A stretch of 64,000 nucleotides of DNA from Eledone cirrhosa (Eukaryota). Positions 1 through 12,706 of this stretch are shown here, in pieces. A model generated the notes under the pieces. The model did no database searches and had not been told where the DNA came from. It was given only the letters and a program-made list of their open reading frames with translations. The stretch's first letter is position 1. Each line of letters starts with the position of its first letter. The DNA lies in assembly GCA_964016885.1 (NCBI GenBank), contig OZ024746.1, forward strand, positions 90,520,001 to 90,584,000, written 5' to 3'. A program made the position numbers and the translations under genes.

Positions 1-59
1 ATATATGTTTTTTTTTTCAATCAGAGCATCATTAATGAAAGTAAGAGACGAAAAAAGAG

Positions 60-520
60 GAGGGAAACGATAATATTACATGCATGTGTGATTGTTCAAA
101 TGATGAAATGATTCTTTCTGATGTAAAACCAACAATACTGAGAAAACAACTACAAAGGGAAAAGATATTTGGGAAATCTATGAGAATTTCACATTTATTT
201 GAAGGAAAAAAAAAAATGATCTTCAAAGAGTTTGAAAAGTGAAGAGATAGTTACATATCGTATAAACCAGATGATGGTTACACAGCGAGGAAGCAAGTGT
301 GAGAATGAGGTATTAGTTATGTGACATCTCACTGCTATAGTCAACTGTCTGAAAAGGGAAGTGGTGGATGACTACAACCCACTCAACTGAAGATAGCAAG
401 GAAACATGGACAGCATACAATATAGGCTTGATGTAAAAGGTCATGTTTCAGAGATGACATTCCCAGGAGAAGTACTTTGTTGAAGAAAGTATTTCGCCCA
501 ATTGTGTATTGTAAAGATTA
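60..520 (+). mobile_element. Highly decayed non-LTR retrotransposon fragment, possibly RLE-type (post-RT/zinc-knuckle region)
   Basis: Frameshifted translation gives LSDVKPTILRKQLQ..DIWEIYENFTF..KETW.HIQ..DVKGHVS.DDIP, resembling the ET..HI...C....RHD motif of RLE-clade elements; many disruptions. Confidence 0.3.
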
Positions 521-761
521 TGTTTTTTTTTTAAAATAGCATGTCAACTTCCAGATGCATTCAAATTGCACTGAAGTGCTGTCCGAGTGTCCTCTCCAAT
601 TAGACACGAAGACTCAGACTGACGAAATGAGAAATGGAAGCATTAACCCTTTTGATACCAACCCACCCCAAAACTGGCTCTAGTTCGATGAAACAAAACC
701 ACTCCTTTTAAAAATTTACTATTTAATTCTTCCAACATAATATTTTATAAGAATTATATAT

Positions 762-972
762 CCCTTTAGTATTTAAACTGGCCGTATCCAGTCAGAATTC
801 TTTCACCTCTTTCTGTTCAAACTGGCCACTCATACTTATGTCAAGGTATTGTTCTCAAAACAACTAATATCAAAATCTCATAGATTCGATATTATGTGAG
901 ATAATTATGCAAGGTAAAGCCTTTACCATGAAAATATAATAGTAAATATAGAGTAATGTAAATGTTAAAGGG
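762..972. mobile_element. piggyBac-type MITE (family 1), nested in a second TTAA/CCC MITE (~645-1030)
   Basis: CCCTTTAGTATTTAAA...AAATGTTAAAGGG followed by TTAA; same internal sequence as other copies. Confidence 0.7.
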
Positions 973-1413
973 TTAAAGAGTTCCTATTTAATTCTTTTAA
1001 CATAATATTTTATAAGAACTATATATGAAGTTACTGTCTTAGCCATGAATTAATTAATTTTCATGAAATTGTAGGAATCCCAAACAGTCTGTTATTGAGA
1101 TTCTTACAATTTTATGAACAGTTTTCTACACTCATCCGATTCCTTTCAATCATGAAGTAATTCATATTTTTTGTAAATCCCACAAAATTTTTTGTTATTA
1201 ATCTGAGGCCTTTAACTTAAATATGGATTCAATACTGACAATACAAAACCAAACTGAGTACCATTAAGATGCTAGAGTTAATAGAAGAAGCTACATCCCT
1301 TCCTTTCCTGACAAAAGGAATTTATAACAGAAATAAATATAAATTTCTCTGCTTAACAATTTGGCACATACCACACTACCACGATTACTACCAAAAGTAT
1401 TATAAGCTTAATT

Positions 1414-1790
1414 ATCATCATCATCACCATCACCATTTAATGCTTATTTTCCATACTTGCATGTGTTAAATAGGTTGTCATGTTATGAGACTAGGCAGAT
1501 CAGGTGACCACATGTTGCTCAATATAGATCTGTTTTTGTTTAGTTTTCTATAGCTGGAGGCCTTTCCTAATGCCAACCCCATTACAGCATGTACTGGCTG
1601 CTTTTTTTGTAGCACCAGTATGACTGCCTTACAGAAATAACAGGGTGCTTGTTTTCGTGGCACCACCACTATATATGGTTGAGGGAGCTTTTGTTGTGAC
1701 ACCAGTACGCTAACCTTACAGAGTGGACTGGGTGTTTATTGTTGAGGTACCAGCATTACCACTTTACAGAGTGGACTGGGTGGTTTTGCT
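1414..1790 (-). mobile_element. 3' part of (GAT)n-tailed SINE (family A)
   Basis: (CAT)n, then ttaatgcttattttccatacttgcatg and ctggaggcctttcctaatgccaacc, plus ~40-bp internal repeats; shared with many copies in the window. Confidence 0.65.
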
Positions 1791-1873
1791 GTAAAAATGG
1801 AAGACAAAGACAACCCTTAGGAATACAAGCCTCAAGTTAGATAATGAAATAGATCGAGCTAGATAACCTACCT

Positions 1874-2223
1874 TAAGCCTTTACTCTATATATACTATTG
1901 TATTTTCATGGTAAAGGCTTTACATCACATAATATCTCACATAACATTTACATTACTCTATGTATACTATTGTATTTTCATGGTAAAGGCTTTACCTCAC
2001 ATAATATCTCACATAACATTTACATTACTCTATATATACTATTGTATTTTCATGGTAAAGGCTTTATTTACATCACATAATATCTCACATAATATCAAAT
2101 CTATCAGATTTTGATATTTATTTTGAGAACAATACCTTAACATAAGTACAAGGGGTCGGTTACGGTGGTTTGAAGAGAAAGAGGTGAGTCTGGCCAGATA
2201 TGGCTGATTTAAATGCTAAAGGG
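1874..2223. mobile_element. piggyBac-type MITE family 1 with ~3 copies of the internal 60-72-bp unit
   Basis: Ends in AAATGCTAAAGGG+TTAA; the unit ttactctatatatactattgtattttcatggtaaaggcttt is repeated. Confidence 0.7.
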
Positions 2224-2835
2224 TTAAGAGTGAATGCAACTTGCCCGTAAAATACGTAAGTTTGTTAATCTTGACTACAGTTGCTGCCATGTGAGAATAG
2301 TGCAAGGAAGTTCTTTTGTTGTCAATCAAAAGATAACCAAAAAACAACAAAACAAAAACATTGATTCCTGTCATATTATGATCTAAACTACCAAACTACA
2401 ACCAATTATATTAGGACTAAATTTACGAACAAGTGAAAGAGGTTGGGGTGGGAGAGAATGGGAGGGCAGGGTGGGAGAGAATGAGAGGGCGGGGTGGGAG
2501 AGAATGAGAGGGTGGGGGAGAGTAGGAGAAGGGGCAGACTACTACATCATCTATATATTTCAAGATTCACTGATGAATTTCTAAACAATAGCAATAATAA
2601 TAATTCATACCAAAAATATATTTACAAAATCACAGGACATTTCAAGCACATGTATGTGTGTGTGTGTGTGTGTTTGTCTATGTATGTGTGTGTGTATGTG
2701 CATGTGTGTGCATGCGCATGTGTGCATGCGCATGTGTGTGTGTATCAGTGCATCTGTGTGTGTGTATGTAGTGTAATACAATATATATACAAACAAGATA
2801 TCAGAGGTAAGATTTCTATATTAAGATATAAATAA

Positions 2836-3050
2836 CATCATCATCATCAGTTAACACCCATTTTACACGCTAGCATGGGTTAGACGGGTCGTCCCATTTG
2901 AGGTAAGTTGGGTCAGGTGACTGTCTTGCTCACATAGAACTGTTTCTGGCAAGGTTACTACGGCCGGATGCCCTTCCTTACGCCAATCACTTTACAGTGT
3001 GGACTGGGTGCTTTTTGTCATGACTCCTACACAACCACTTTACAGTAAGG
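2836..3050 (-). mobile_element. (GAT)n-tailed SINE fragment (family A)
   Basis: catcatcatc..gctagcatgggttagacggg..ggatgcccttcc motifs. Confidence 0.65.
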
Positions 3051-3189
3051 GCTTGATATATTTTGTTCACAGTGTAAGGGTGGTATGGACAGAAGTGGGT
3101 GGGGGTATACAGTCCTAGATTAAAATAGATATTTATACACATCAGTAAACAAGTCGGCACAATGAATATAAATATGGAAAATGAACAAA

Positions 3190-3800
3190 TAATAATTGTT
3201 TCTACTTTTGGCACAAGGCCAGCAATTATTCCAGTGTATTACTGGTACTTTATTTTATCGACCCCATAATGGTTTCTAATTTAGGCACAAGGTTGGCAAA
3301 TTTGGAAGGAGAGAAAAGTTGATTAAATCAACCCCAGTGTGTTATCGACCCCGTAAGGATAAAAAGCAAAGCTAACCTCAGCAAGATTTGAATTCAGAGT
3401 GTAAAGGGCCGTAACTCTATGTTGCAGAACATGTTTGATGCTCTACCAATTCTGGCAATTCACCACTCCAATTTAAAGCACAATACACCAGCAACTTTGT
3501 AAAAGTGGAAAGTTGATTATATCAACCTGGGTGTATTACTGGTACTGTATTTTATCGACCTCATAAGGATGAAAGACAATGTCAACTTTAGCAGAATATA
3601 ATTAGATATCAGAAAGGATTCTATCCAACGTTTTAAGGACTCTGCCAAAACTATGGATTTTTATTGAGGCACAGAAATAACTTATGTTGAGGGTAGGAGA
3701 AAGTCAAATCAAATCCAGGACTTGACTGCTACTTCATTTTCACGACCCTGGAAGGATGATAGGCAATGTTGGTCTTGCTGGGATTTGAACTCAGAATAAA
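3190..3800 (-). mobile_element. Cluster of SINE family B fragments
   Basis: Repeated ttctacttttggcacaaggccagcaatt / ctggtactttattttatcgacccc / gatttgaactcag motifs. Confidence 0.65.
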
Positions 3801-4038
3801 GACCATAACTAAATGGAGAAAACCACTTTGTTCAACGTCCTAAAAGTTCTACCAAATAACAATATTATTATTATTATTATAAGGGTGGTGGATTGGCAGA
3901 GTGTTGGACAACATGCTGAGTGGCATAGAATTATGGCCCTTTACGTTCTGAGTTCAAATCCCGCTGAGGTTAGCTTTGCCTTTCATCTTTATGGGGTTGA
4001 TAAAATAAAGCATCAGTAATGCACTGGGGTCAATTTGA

Positions 4039-6508
4039 CCCTTTAGCATTTACATTACTCTATATATACTATTGTATTTTCACAGTAAAGGTTTTACCTC
4101 ACATAACATTTACATTACTCTATATATACTATTGTATTTTCACAGTAAAGGTTTTACCTCACATAACATTTACATTACTCTATATATACTATTGTATTTT
4201 CACAGTAAAGGTTTTACCTCACATAACATTTACATTACTCTATATATACTATTGTATTTTCACAGTAAAGGTTTTACCTCACATAACATTTACATTACTC
4301 TATATATACTATTGTATTTTCACAGTAAAGGTTTTACCTCACATAACATTTACATTACTCTATATATACTATTGTATTTTCACAGTAAAGGTTTTACCTC
4401 ACATAACATTTACATTACTCTATATATACTATTGTATTTTCACAGTAAAGGTTTTACCTCACATAACATTTACATTACTCTATATATACTATTGTATTTT
4501 CACAGTAAAGGTTTTACCTCACATAACATTTACATTACTCTATATATACTATTGTATTTTCACAGTAAAGGTTTTACCTCACATAACATTTACATTACTC
4601 TATATATACTATTGTATTTTCACAGTAAAGGTTTTACCTCACATAACATTTACATTACTCTATATATACTATTGTATTTTCACAGTAAAGGTTTTACCTC
4701 ACATAACATTTACATTACTCTATATATACTATTGTATTTTCACAGTAAAGGTTTTACCTCACATAACATTTACATTACTCTATATATACTATTGTATTTT
4801 CACAGTAAAGGCTTTACCTCACATAACATTTACATTACTCTATATATACTATTGTATTTTCACAGTAAAGGCTTTACCTCACATAACATTTACATTATTC
4901 TATATATACTATTGTATTTTCACAGTAAAGGCTTTACCTCACATATCTCACATAACATTTACATTACTCTATATATACTATTGTATTTTCACAGTAAAGG
5001 CTTTACCTCACATAACATTTACATTACTCTATATATACTATTGTATTTTCACAGTAAAGGCTTTACCTCACATATCTCACATAACATTTACATTACTCTA
5101 TATATACTATTGTATTTTCACAGTAAAGGCTTTACCTCACATAACATTTACATTACTCTATATATACTATTGTATTTTCACAGTAAAGGCTTTACCTCAC
5201 ATATCTCACATAACATTTACATTACTCTATATATACTATTGTATTTTCACAGTAAAGGTTTTACCTCACATAACATTTACATTACTCTATATATACTATT
5301 GTATTTTCACAGTAAAGGTTTTACCTCACATAACATTTACATTACTCTATATATACTATTGTATTTTTACAGTAAAGGCTTTACCTCACATAACATTTAC
5401 ATTACTCTATATATACTATTGTATTTTCACAGTAAAGGCTTTACCTCACATAACATTTACATTATTCTATATATACTATTGTATTTTCACAGTAAAGGCT
5501 TTACCTCACATATCTCACATAACATTTACATTACTCTATATATACTATTGTATTTTCACAGTAAAGGCTTTACCTCACATAACATTTACATTACTCTATA
5601 TATACTATTGTATTTTCACAGTAAAGGCTTTACCTCACATATCTCACATAACATTTACATTACTCTATATATACTATTGTATTTTCACAGTAAAGGCTTT
5701 ACCTCACATAACATTTACATTATTCTATATATACTATTGTATTTTCACAGTAAAGGCTTTACCTCACATATCTCACATAACATTTACATTACTCTATATA
5801 TACTATTGTATTTTCACAGTAAAGTCTTTACCTCACATAATATCTCACATAACAATTACATTACTCTATATATACTATTGTATTTTCACAGTAAAGGTTT
5901 TACCTCACATAATATCTCACATAACATTTACATTACTCTATATATACTATTGTATTTTCACAGTTAAAGCTTTACCTCACATAACATTTACATTACTCTA
6001 TATATACTATTGTATTTTCACAGTAAAGGTTTTACCTCACATAATATCTCACATAACATTTACATTACTCTATATATACTATTGTATTTTCACAGTTAAA
6101 GCTTTACCTCACATAACATTTACATTACTCTATATATACTATTGTATTTTGACGGTAAAGACTTTATCTCACATAATATCTCACATAACATTTACATTAC
6201 TCTATATATACTATTGTATTTTGATGGTAAAGACTTTACCTCACATAATATCTCACATAACAATTACATTACTCTATATATACTATTGTATTTTCACAGT
6301 AAAGACTTTACCTCACATAATATCTCACATAACATTTACATTACTCTATATATACTATTATATTTTGATGGTAAAGACTCTATCTCACATAATATTGAAT
6401 CTATGAGATTTTTATAAAATTTATTTTGAGAACAATACTTCAACATCAGTATGGTTATGGCCCGTGAGAGAATTCTGACTGGATATGACCAGTTTAAATG
6501 CTAAAGGG
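4039..6508. mobile_element. piggyBac-type MITE family 1 expanded to ~2.5 kb by an internal tandem array
   Basis: TIRs CCCTTTAGCATTTA / TAAATGCTAAAGGG; flanks TTGA (mutated) and TTAA. Confidence 0.85.
4047..6395. repeat. 60-bp minisatellite (with 69- and 72-bp variants), roughly 37 units
   Basis: Unit tacattactctatatatactattgtattttcacagtaaaggttttacctcacataacatt; identical over the first ~12 units. Confidence 0.97.
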
Positions 6509-6839
6509 TTAATTGACTTTCCCCTCCCACTGAAATTGTTGGCGTTGTGCCTAAATCAGTAATCATTATTATTATTATTAATACTAATAATGGTAGTGGT
6601 GGTGACAAAGGCTGGTATTCTGTTTTGATTAGAGACAAGGCTAATGTTTGTTGGAAAGGGCTGTAGTTGACTGACCTGGTGCCAATATATTACTCATACT
6701 TATTTTAATGTCGCCAAAAAGATGAAAGGCAACAATAATCTTGGCAGGATTTGAACCCATAGAGAGGGGGGTGGAGAGAGGGAGAGAGGGAGAGAGAGAA
6801 GGAGGGACTGAATAGGTTAACAAACTTTCTGCCAATTAA

Positions 6840-7142
6840 TAATAGCAGTAGTAGTAGCAGCAGCAGTAGTAGCAGTAGTAGTAGTAATAGCAGTAGTAGT
6901 TGTAGTTCTAGCAGCAGTAGCAGTCGTAATAGCAGCAGTAGTTGTAGTAGTAGTAGTAGTAGCAATAGTAGTAGTAGCAGTAGTTGTAGTAGCAGTAGTA
7001 GTAGTAGCAATAGTAGTAGTAGCAGTAGTAGTAGTAGCAGCAGCAGCAGTAGAAGTAATAGTAGCAGCAGCAGTAGAAGTAGTAATAGCAGGAATAGCAG
7101 CAGTAGTAGTAGTAGTAGCAGCAGCAGTAGTAGTAGTAATAA
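6840..7142. repeat. (AGT/AGC)n trinucleotide microsatellite
   Basis: Direct reading. Confidence 0.95.
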
Positions 7143-7704
7143 TAAAGCATATATATATATGTAGAAGAGTTGTTAAGTGTAGTTGTTGTGTTGGATAAAA
7201 TAGAGAAAATCCAATAAAGCAGAGATAACAGACAATGAACTACTAATATAATAGTAGCGCAGTATTGAGAGGGAATAAAGGCAGAGTAGGAGCAGATTAA
7301 AGGTGGCAGGCTACCAAGACTTGCCATAGCACCATCACATGACTGAGAATCTGTGAGATATTGCCAGCAGATTAAAGAAGAATGGAAACATTTGATAGTT
7401 AATGTTGGGAGAAACATCTAGAATAAATTCAATAGAAAATAACAATGATGAATGAACAGATTTTAGAAATAACATCTGAAAAATGAACAATAGGGGGGAA
7501 AACCTATCACAATATTATGAAATGAAATAAGAAGTATTGTGGAAGAGAAAGAAAACTTGTGAGAAGAATTTTCATACTAAAATTGAATATATTCGCCTTG
7601 AATAATCTTTCTTCTCCCCACTGTTTATTAATTTTTCAGATCTCCGTCCATGGCTCTTATTCCAACCTTGCCACTACTTATTAAATTTTGCTAATCTATT
7701 CTTC

Positions 7705-7839
7705 TTATTCCTGAGAGGGTCGTGGAGGCTGAGTCCTCAAACATTCCTTCCAGTGTGTCCTGTCAGAAGCAACCGTCTTCAACAGATTTGGCTGGATCCC
7801 CAAGCTAGAACCAACCAAGGTCATCCTTGCACAGGGGCC

Positions 7840-7872
<33 letters not shown>

Positions 7873-8025
7873 AATATGTACTGCCGTATGGATGATATCC
7901 AACCATCTTGTTTGGGGTCTACCCCTCGGTCTCCTGCCGGTTGGTTTTGCCCATTAAATCTGTCCAGCAATTCTTTCCTGAGACGTTCTAACCATATGCC
8001 CATAACATCGAAGCTGTGATCTCTA
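7705..8025 (-). mobile_element. RTE-clade LINE 3' fragment (ORF C-terminus), interrupted by a U6 piece
   Basis: Minus translation with frameshifts: SQLRCYGHMVRTSQERIAGQI..AKPTGRRPRGRPQTRWLDIIH..LGIQPNLLKTVASDRTHWKECLRTQPPRPSQE*; the GH..R, GRP..RW and DR..W motifs are typical of RTE. Confidence 0.85.
7820..7886 (-). pseudogene. U6: U6 snRNA fragment (about nt 11-77 of U6), truncated at both ends
   Basis: Reverse complement CGGCAGTACATATTCTAAAATTGGAACGATACAGAGAAGATTAGCATGGCCCCTGTGCAAGGATGAC; 3 differences in 67 nt from the vertebrate U6 as I recall it; has the ACAGAGA box and AGC triad. Confidence 0.95.
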
Positions 8026-8129
8026 AACTATCTCCAGTGAAATTTTATTTTCACATTAAAAAAACATTATACCTGACAGTAAAAGTACATTACTAGAAAT
8101 CCCATACAGAAGATGGGATAGGATCTCAA

Positions 8130-8508
8130 TCATCATCATTATTTTATGTCCGCTTTTCCCTGCTTGCAAGGGTGGGATGGGAACTGATTCTGGCTTGATT
8201 TCTACAGCTGGATGCCCTTCCTAACACCAGCCTCATTTACAGTGCTGGGTGCTTATTTTCCGTGGCGCCTACACATCCACTTTACAGTGTGGGCTGGGTG
8301 CTTTTTTGCTGTGGCACCTCCACGACCACTTTGCAGTGGAATGATAGGGACCCAGTCCTATCATCTCATTTCTACTGCTGAGTAAACTGGAGCAATGTAT
8401 AATAGAGTGTCTTGCTCAAGGAAACAACATATCACTCGGTCTGAGAATCGAACTCACAACCTTTCGATTGCAAGGCCAATGCTCTAACCACTAAGCCATG
8501 TGCCTCCA
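8130..8508 (-). mobile_element. Full-length tRNA-headed SINE family A (CORE-like centre, (GAT)n tail)
   Basis: Minus strand: A box TGGCTTAGTGG, B box GAGTTCGATTC, CCTTGAGCAAGACAC segment, GAT tail; near-identical to 17406-17791, 20614-20949, 32926-33387. Confidence 0.85.
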
Positions 8509-8760
8509 ATACGTAAACTAAATGACTAATTCTGGTTTTTAACCCTTTTATAACTGCATTTCTAATGAAATACACTATTTCAATTAATGAATAATTTTGA
8601 GGGACTTACTAAAATAATCAAAGGACCGTGACCGTAACTAAATGTGCCAAGAAATATTAGAAACAACTCCTTGTTAATTCAAGATGTGGTCTTCACAATA
8701 GAATAGAGTAATGAAGTGCACTGAGGCAGCCATATGGGAGTAAAATTGTTGAGTCATTGA

Positions 8761-9345
8761 TGTGAAAGAGTACTACAGTACTACAGTACTGTGAAAGAGT
8801 ACTAGTGCTGTGAAAGAGTACTACAGTACTGTGAAAGAGTACTACAGTACTGTGAAAGAGTACTAGTGCTGTGAAAGAGTACTACAGTACTGTGAAAGAG
8901 TACTACAGTACTGTGAAAGAGTACTACAGTACTGTGAAAGAGTACTACAGTAGTGTGAAAGAGTACTACAGTACTGTGAAAGAGTACTAGTGCTGTGAAA
9001 GAGTACTACAGTACTGTGAAAGAGTACTACAGTACTGTGAAAGAGTACTACAGTACTGTGAAAGAGTACTACAGTGCTGTGAAAGAGTACTACAGTGCTG
9101 TGAAAGAGTACTACAGTACTGTGAAAGAGTACTACAGTACTGTGAAAGAGTACTACAGTACTGTGAAATAGTACTACAGTATTGTGAAAGAGTACTAGTG
9201 CTGTGAAAGAGTACTACAGTGCTGTGAAAGAATACTAGTGCTGTGAAAGAGTACTAGTGCTGTGAAAGAGTACTACAGTGCTGTGAAAGAGTATTAGTGC
9301 TGTGAAAGAGTACTAGTGCTGTGAAAGAGTACTAGTGCTGTGAAT
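8761..9345. repeat. 21/19-bp minisatellite
   Basis: Units gtgaaagagtactacagtact and gtgaaagagtactagtgct. Confidence 0.95.
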
Positions 9346-10327
9346 AGACAGTATGGCATTGAAGTTGTGAAAGAATGTAAAGACCAAGGAAGGCTTTAGA
9401 ATTGTAGAAAAAAAATGGATAAAAAAATTCTCTGCATCAGAGATTGTTCCTATTCAATGAAAACATTGCAAGACAGGATCTTTAATCTCTGTGCCAAACC
9501 AAATTGTCTTAAATTGGTAATTTTCAATGTGGAAAATAACTCTTGATCAATTAGTTACCTGACTACATTGTACAAGTGCTTTGAGCTTCATAAGAATGTT
9601 AACCAGGTAGATGAAGGACAATGTTAATGAGAAACACATGTGATAGAAGCCAAGTAATACCAGGTAATAGTATAACTATTGTTATACAACACATCATTAA
9701 TGTAAGGAAATAAGAGGTCACCATATAATTACAAATTCTCGTGATTAGAAGCAAATCTGCAAGGAATAAAATGACGAACAAAATTCGAAATATTTATTTG
9801 TAAGACAAAAACAAATAAACCACTGAATTCCAATGTTCTTAAAATGCCTTCTAGAAGAATTTTATTTGAGTAATTTGAAAATACAGCCAGTTACAAACAA
9901 GTGAGCCTCTGTATAATCATTCATTCTGCTACAAACAGCAGCCAAATCTCTCTAAAACTCCACCATATACTCTTACCATATATACTTGAATATAAGCTGA
10001 TCTGAATATAAGCCAGGGCCTTTTTTTATGTCTAAGAAATGGGCAAAAATCCAAACTCCATTTATAAACCAAGGCAATTAGTGTCATAGAATCAGAGGTG
10101 GTTTAGGGCAGTTTGGTATATAAAAAAAACGAATAATCTAGAAAAAAACAGTAAAGCTTTTGGCACATCTCAATAGAAACTGGTCAAATGAAAATTATTT
10201 GACAAAAACCATTTGGAATCAATATTGGTCAAATTAGCAGTCCCCAAGCACTGAACCGGGCTGCACTTCACTTTACTATTGCAGTCTACCTTCTGTTGAG
10301 TTGAGTCACATTTGCAGTATAAATGTA

Positions 10328-11042
10328 ATCATCATCATCCCCATTTAATGTCCACTTTTCCATGCTAGCATAGGTTAGATGAATTATCCTGTTGTGAGCA
10401 CATGCAAGGTCAGGTGACCATGTGTTGCTCATACAGAACTGATTTTGGATTGGTTTCTACAGCTGGAGGCCCTTCCTAATACCAACCTCATTTACAGTGT
10501 ATGCTGGTTGCTTTTTGTTGTGATGCCTAAACGACCACTTTACAGTGTGGACTGGGTACTCTTTGTTGTGATGCCTAAACGACCACTTTACAGTGTGGAC
10601 TGGGTACTCTTTGTTGTGATGCCTAAACGACCACTTTACAGTGTGGGCTGGGTACTTTTTGTTGTGATGCCTAAACGACCACTTTACAGTGTGGACTGGG
10701 TGCTTTTTGTTGTGATGCCTAAACGACCACTTTACAGTGTGGGCTGGGTACTTTTTGTTGTGATGCCTAAACGACCACTTTACAGAGTGGACTGGGTGCT
10801 TTTTGTTGTGATGCCTAAACGACCACTTTACAGTGTGGACTGGGTACTTTTTGTTGTGATGCCTAAACGACCACTTTACAGTGTGGACTGGGTACTCTTT
10901 GTTGTGATGCCTAAACGACCACTTTACAGTGTGGGCTGGGTGCTTTTTGTGTGACCCCTAAATGACCACTTTACAGTGTGGGCTGAGTACTCTTTGTTGT
11001 GACCCCTAAATGACCACTTTACAGTGTGGACTGGGTGCTTTG
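10328..11042 (-). mobile_element. SINE family A 3' part with internal 42-bp tandem expansion (~13 units, 10490-11040)
   Basis: CAT tail at 10328; unit acgaccactttacagtgtggactgggtactttttgttgtgatgcctaa-like, present 1-2 times in ordinary copies. Confidence 0.85.
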
Positions 11043-11114
11043 CTGTATACTTCAGCTTGACTTCATAAGGGATGTATAGGAATGGGTGGTGTGGTGCATG
11101 CTATATATATGCTT

Positions 11115-11315
11115 CAGTTTCTGATTTAGGTACAAGGCCAGCAATTTTAGGGAGGGGAAAGTTGATTAAATCAACCCCAGTGCATTACTGGTACTTTATG
11201 TTATTGCCCCCCGTAAAGATGAAAGGCAAAGCTAACCTCGGTGGGAGTTGGACTCAGAATGTAAAGTGTCATAACTCTATGCCACAAAGCATGTTGTGTG
11301 ATGCTCTACCGATAA
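11115..11315 (-). mobile_element. SINE family B
   Basis: gtacaaggccagcaatttt..ctggtacttt..gatgaaaggcaaagctaacctcgg. Confidence 0.75.
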
Positions 11316-11849
11316 ATAATTGAATTAATTATAAAATTATATAATATGCACTTTATTGTTTATTGTGTTTTGTTATGCATGAGACAGGCATCGACCCCCT
11401 CAGCCTGCGGATAAATTGTCTTGCATGTCACCACTCTGTGGTGCAAAAAGGTTGGGGACTGCTGGTTTAAGTAAACCCCCAAAACAAAGTGTATGTAAGA
11501 AGTGTTGGTAAATTCTGTAAAGCAGATTTAGAGATGCCATATGGAACCATTAACCCTCTTGTTATTTCAATGAAGTGACTATTTCTCTGATAAAAGAGAA
11601 TCCTTTATAAACAAACAAGTGGCTTCAGTTTATAACTAACAAATCAAACCTGATGTGTCAGCATCCAAGATATACACAATTAAACTAATTTGAGAAAGAG
11701 GAATGTTATATGATAATTAAAAACAAACTTATATTATGAGGTCAAAGACTTTCATGAAGGTTTCAAACAGAAATTGAACTCCAGTGCTACAACCAGACCA
11801 TTGGTAACTTATCTGTACTATATAAAAAATACACCCACTTCGGTCACAA

Positions 11850-12133
11850 GTGACCATAGGATTTAGACTTAGAAAGTTCCCTCTCTGAGGCACAAGTCTG
11901 GGCAAGATGTTTTGTGAAAGACAAGCAGTCACCCATGCATACCAGTCTCCCATCTCCATGCCACCAACGTTGTCGAAGGGAAAAGCAATGGCTGATACAA
12001 CTTGGCACCAGTGATGTCATAACTCATTTCTTCAACTGAGTAAACTAGAGCAATGTGAAGTAGTGTCTAGGAAGTTAACCCATAGCCTCATCATTGCAAG
12101 CTCAATGCTCAAACCACTAAGCCATACACCTTC
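11850..12133 (-). mobile_element. Older tRNA-headed SINE (family A head, different tail)
   Basis: ctgagtaaactagagcaatgtgaa..gcaagctcaatgctcaaaccactaagccat; tail similar to 43236-43690. Confidence 0.6.
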
Positions 12134-12254
12134 ACTATACTATATAGTATCTGCATATAAAAAAAGCTTTGTGCAAAAATGGTACGATAACCAATGAGGC
12201 GTGGTTATTGCTAGTTGAAAACTTTATAATGTTTGCAAGGTAGTCATGCAGGTG

Positions 12255-12500
12255 TCATGGTAAAACACCCAGTACACCCTGCAAAGTGGTTGTGTAGGTT
12301 TCATGACAAAAAGCACCGAGTCCAAACTGTAAATATGGTTGGTGTTTGGAAGGGCATCCAGCTGTTGAAACCAAGCCAGAAATAGTTCTGTATGAGCAAG
12401 ACATGGTCACCTGATCTGACATGTCCCACAACGAGACAATTCGTCTAACCCATTCTAGTGTGGATAAATGGATGTTAAGCAGTGATGATGATGATGATGG
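12255..12500 (+). mobile_element. SINE family A 3' part
   Basis: gaagggcatccagctg..ctaacccattctagtgtgga..(GAT)n. Confidence 0.7.
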
Positions 12501-12706
12501 TGTCTGCCATATTATAGTACTGATATAGATTTCTTTTAACATAGACACAGCTTGAAGTTTTAGTATGGTAGAGTATGAAGTAATCTGTTAACCTGAATGT
12601 ATTGCATATATATATATATATTTGATTGGCAAGATTAGATCTCAGAATTAGGAGATACTATATTTGATACTGTAAAGCAGGCAGGGGCAACCTTTTTCAA
12701 GCAGTG

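Larger units (their letters stand above)
3881..6580 (+). mobile_element. tRNA-headed SINE family B split by a MITE insertion (5' part 3881-4038, 3' part 6509-6580)
   Basis: Intact copy at 45852-46060 reads gcactggggtcgatTTAAtcgactttcccctccc; here the two halves flank the MITE at that TTAA. Confidence 0.8.

Noticed and set aside
4019-6406. 795-aa and 631-aa ORFs
   Set aside because: Translations of a 60/69/72-bp tandem array inside a MITE; they are open because unit lengths are multiples of 3 and happen to lack stops, and the start lies in a SINE
6705-7417. Poly-Leu / poly-Tyr-Cys ORFs
   Set aside because: Trinucleotide microsatellite
7820-7886. Functional U6 gene
   Set aside because: Lacks the 5' hairpin start, the 3' ~30 nt, the T-run terminator and any upstream PSE/TATA; it is embedded in a LINE
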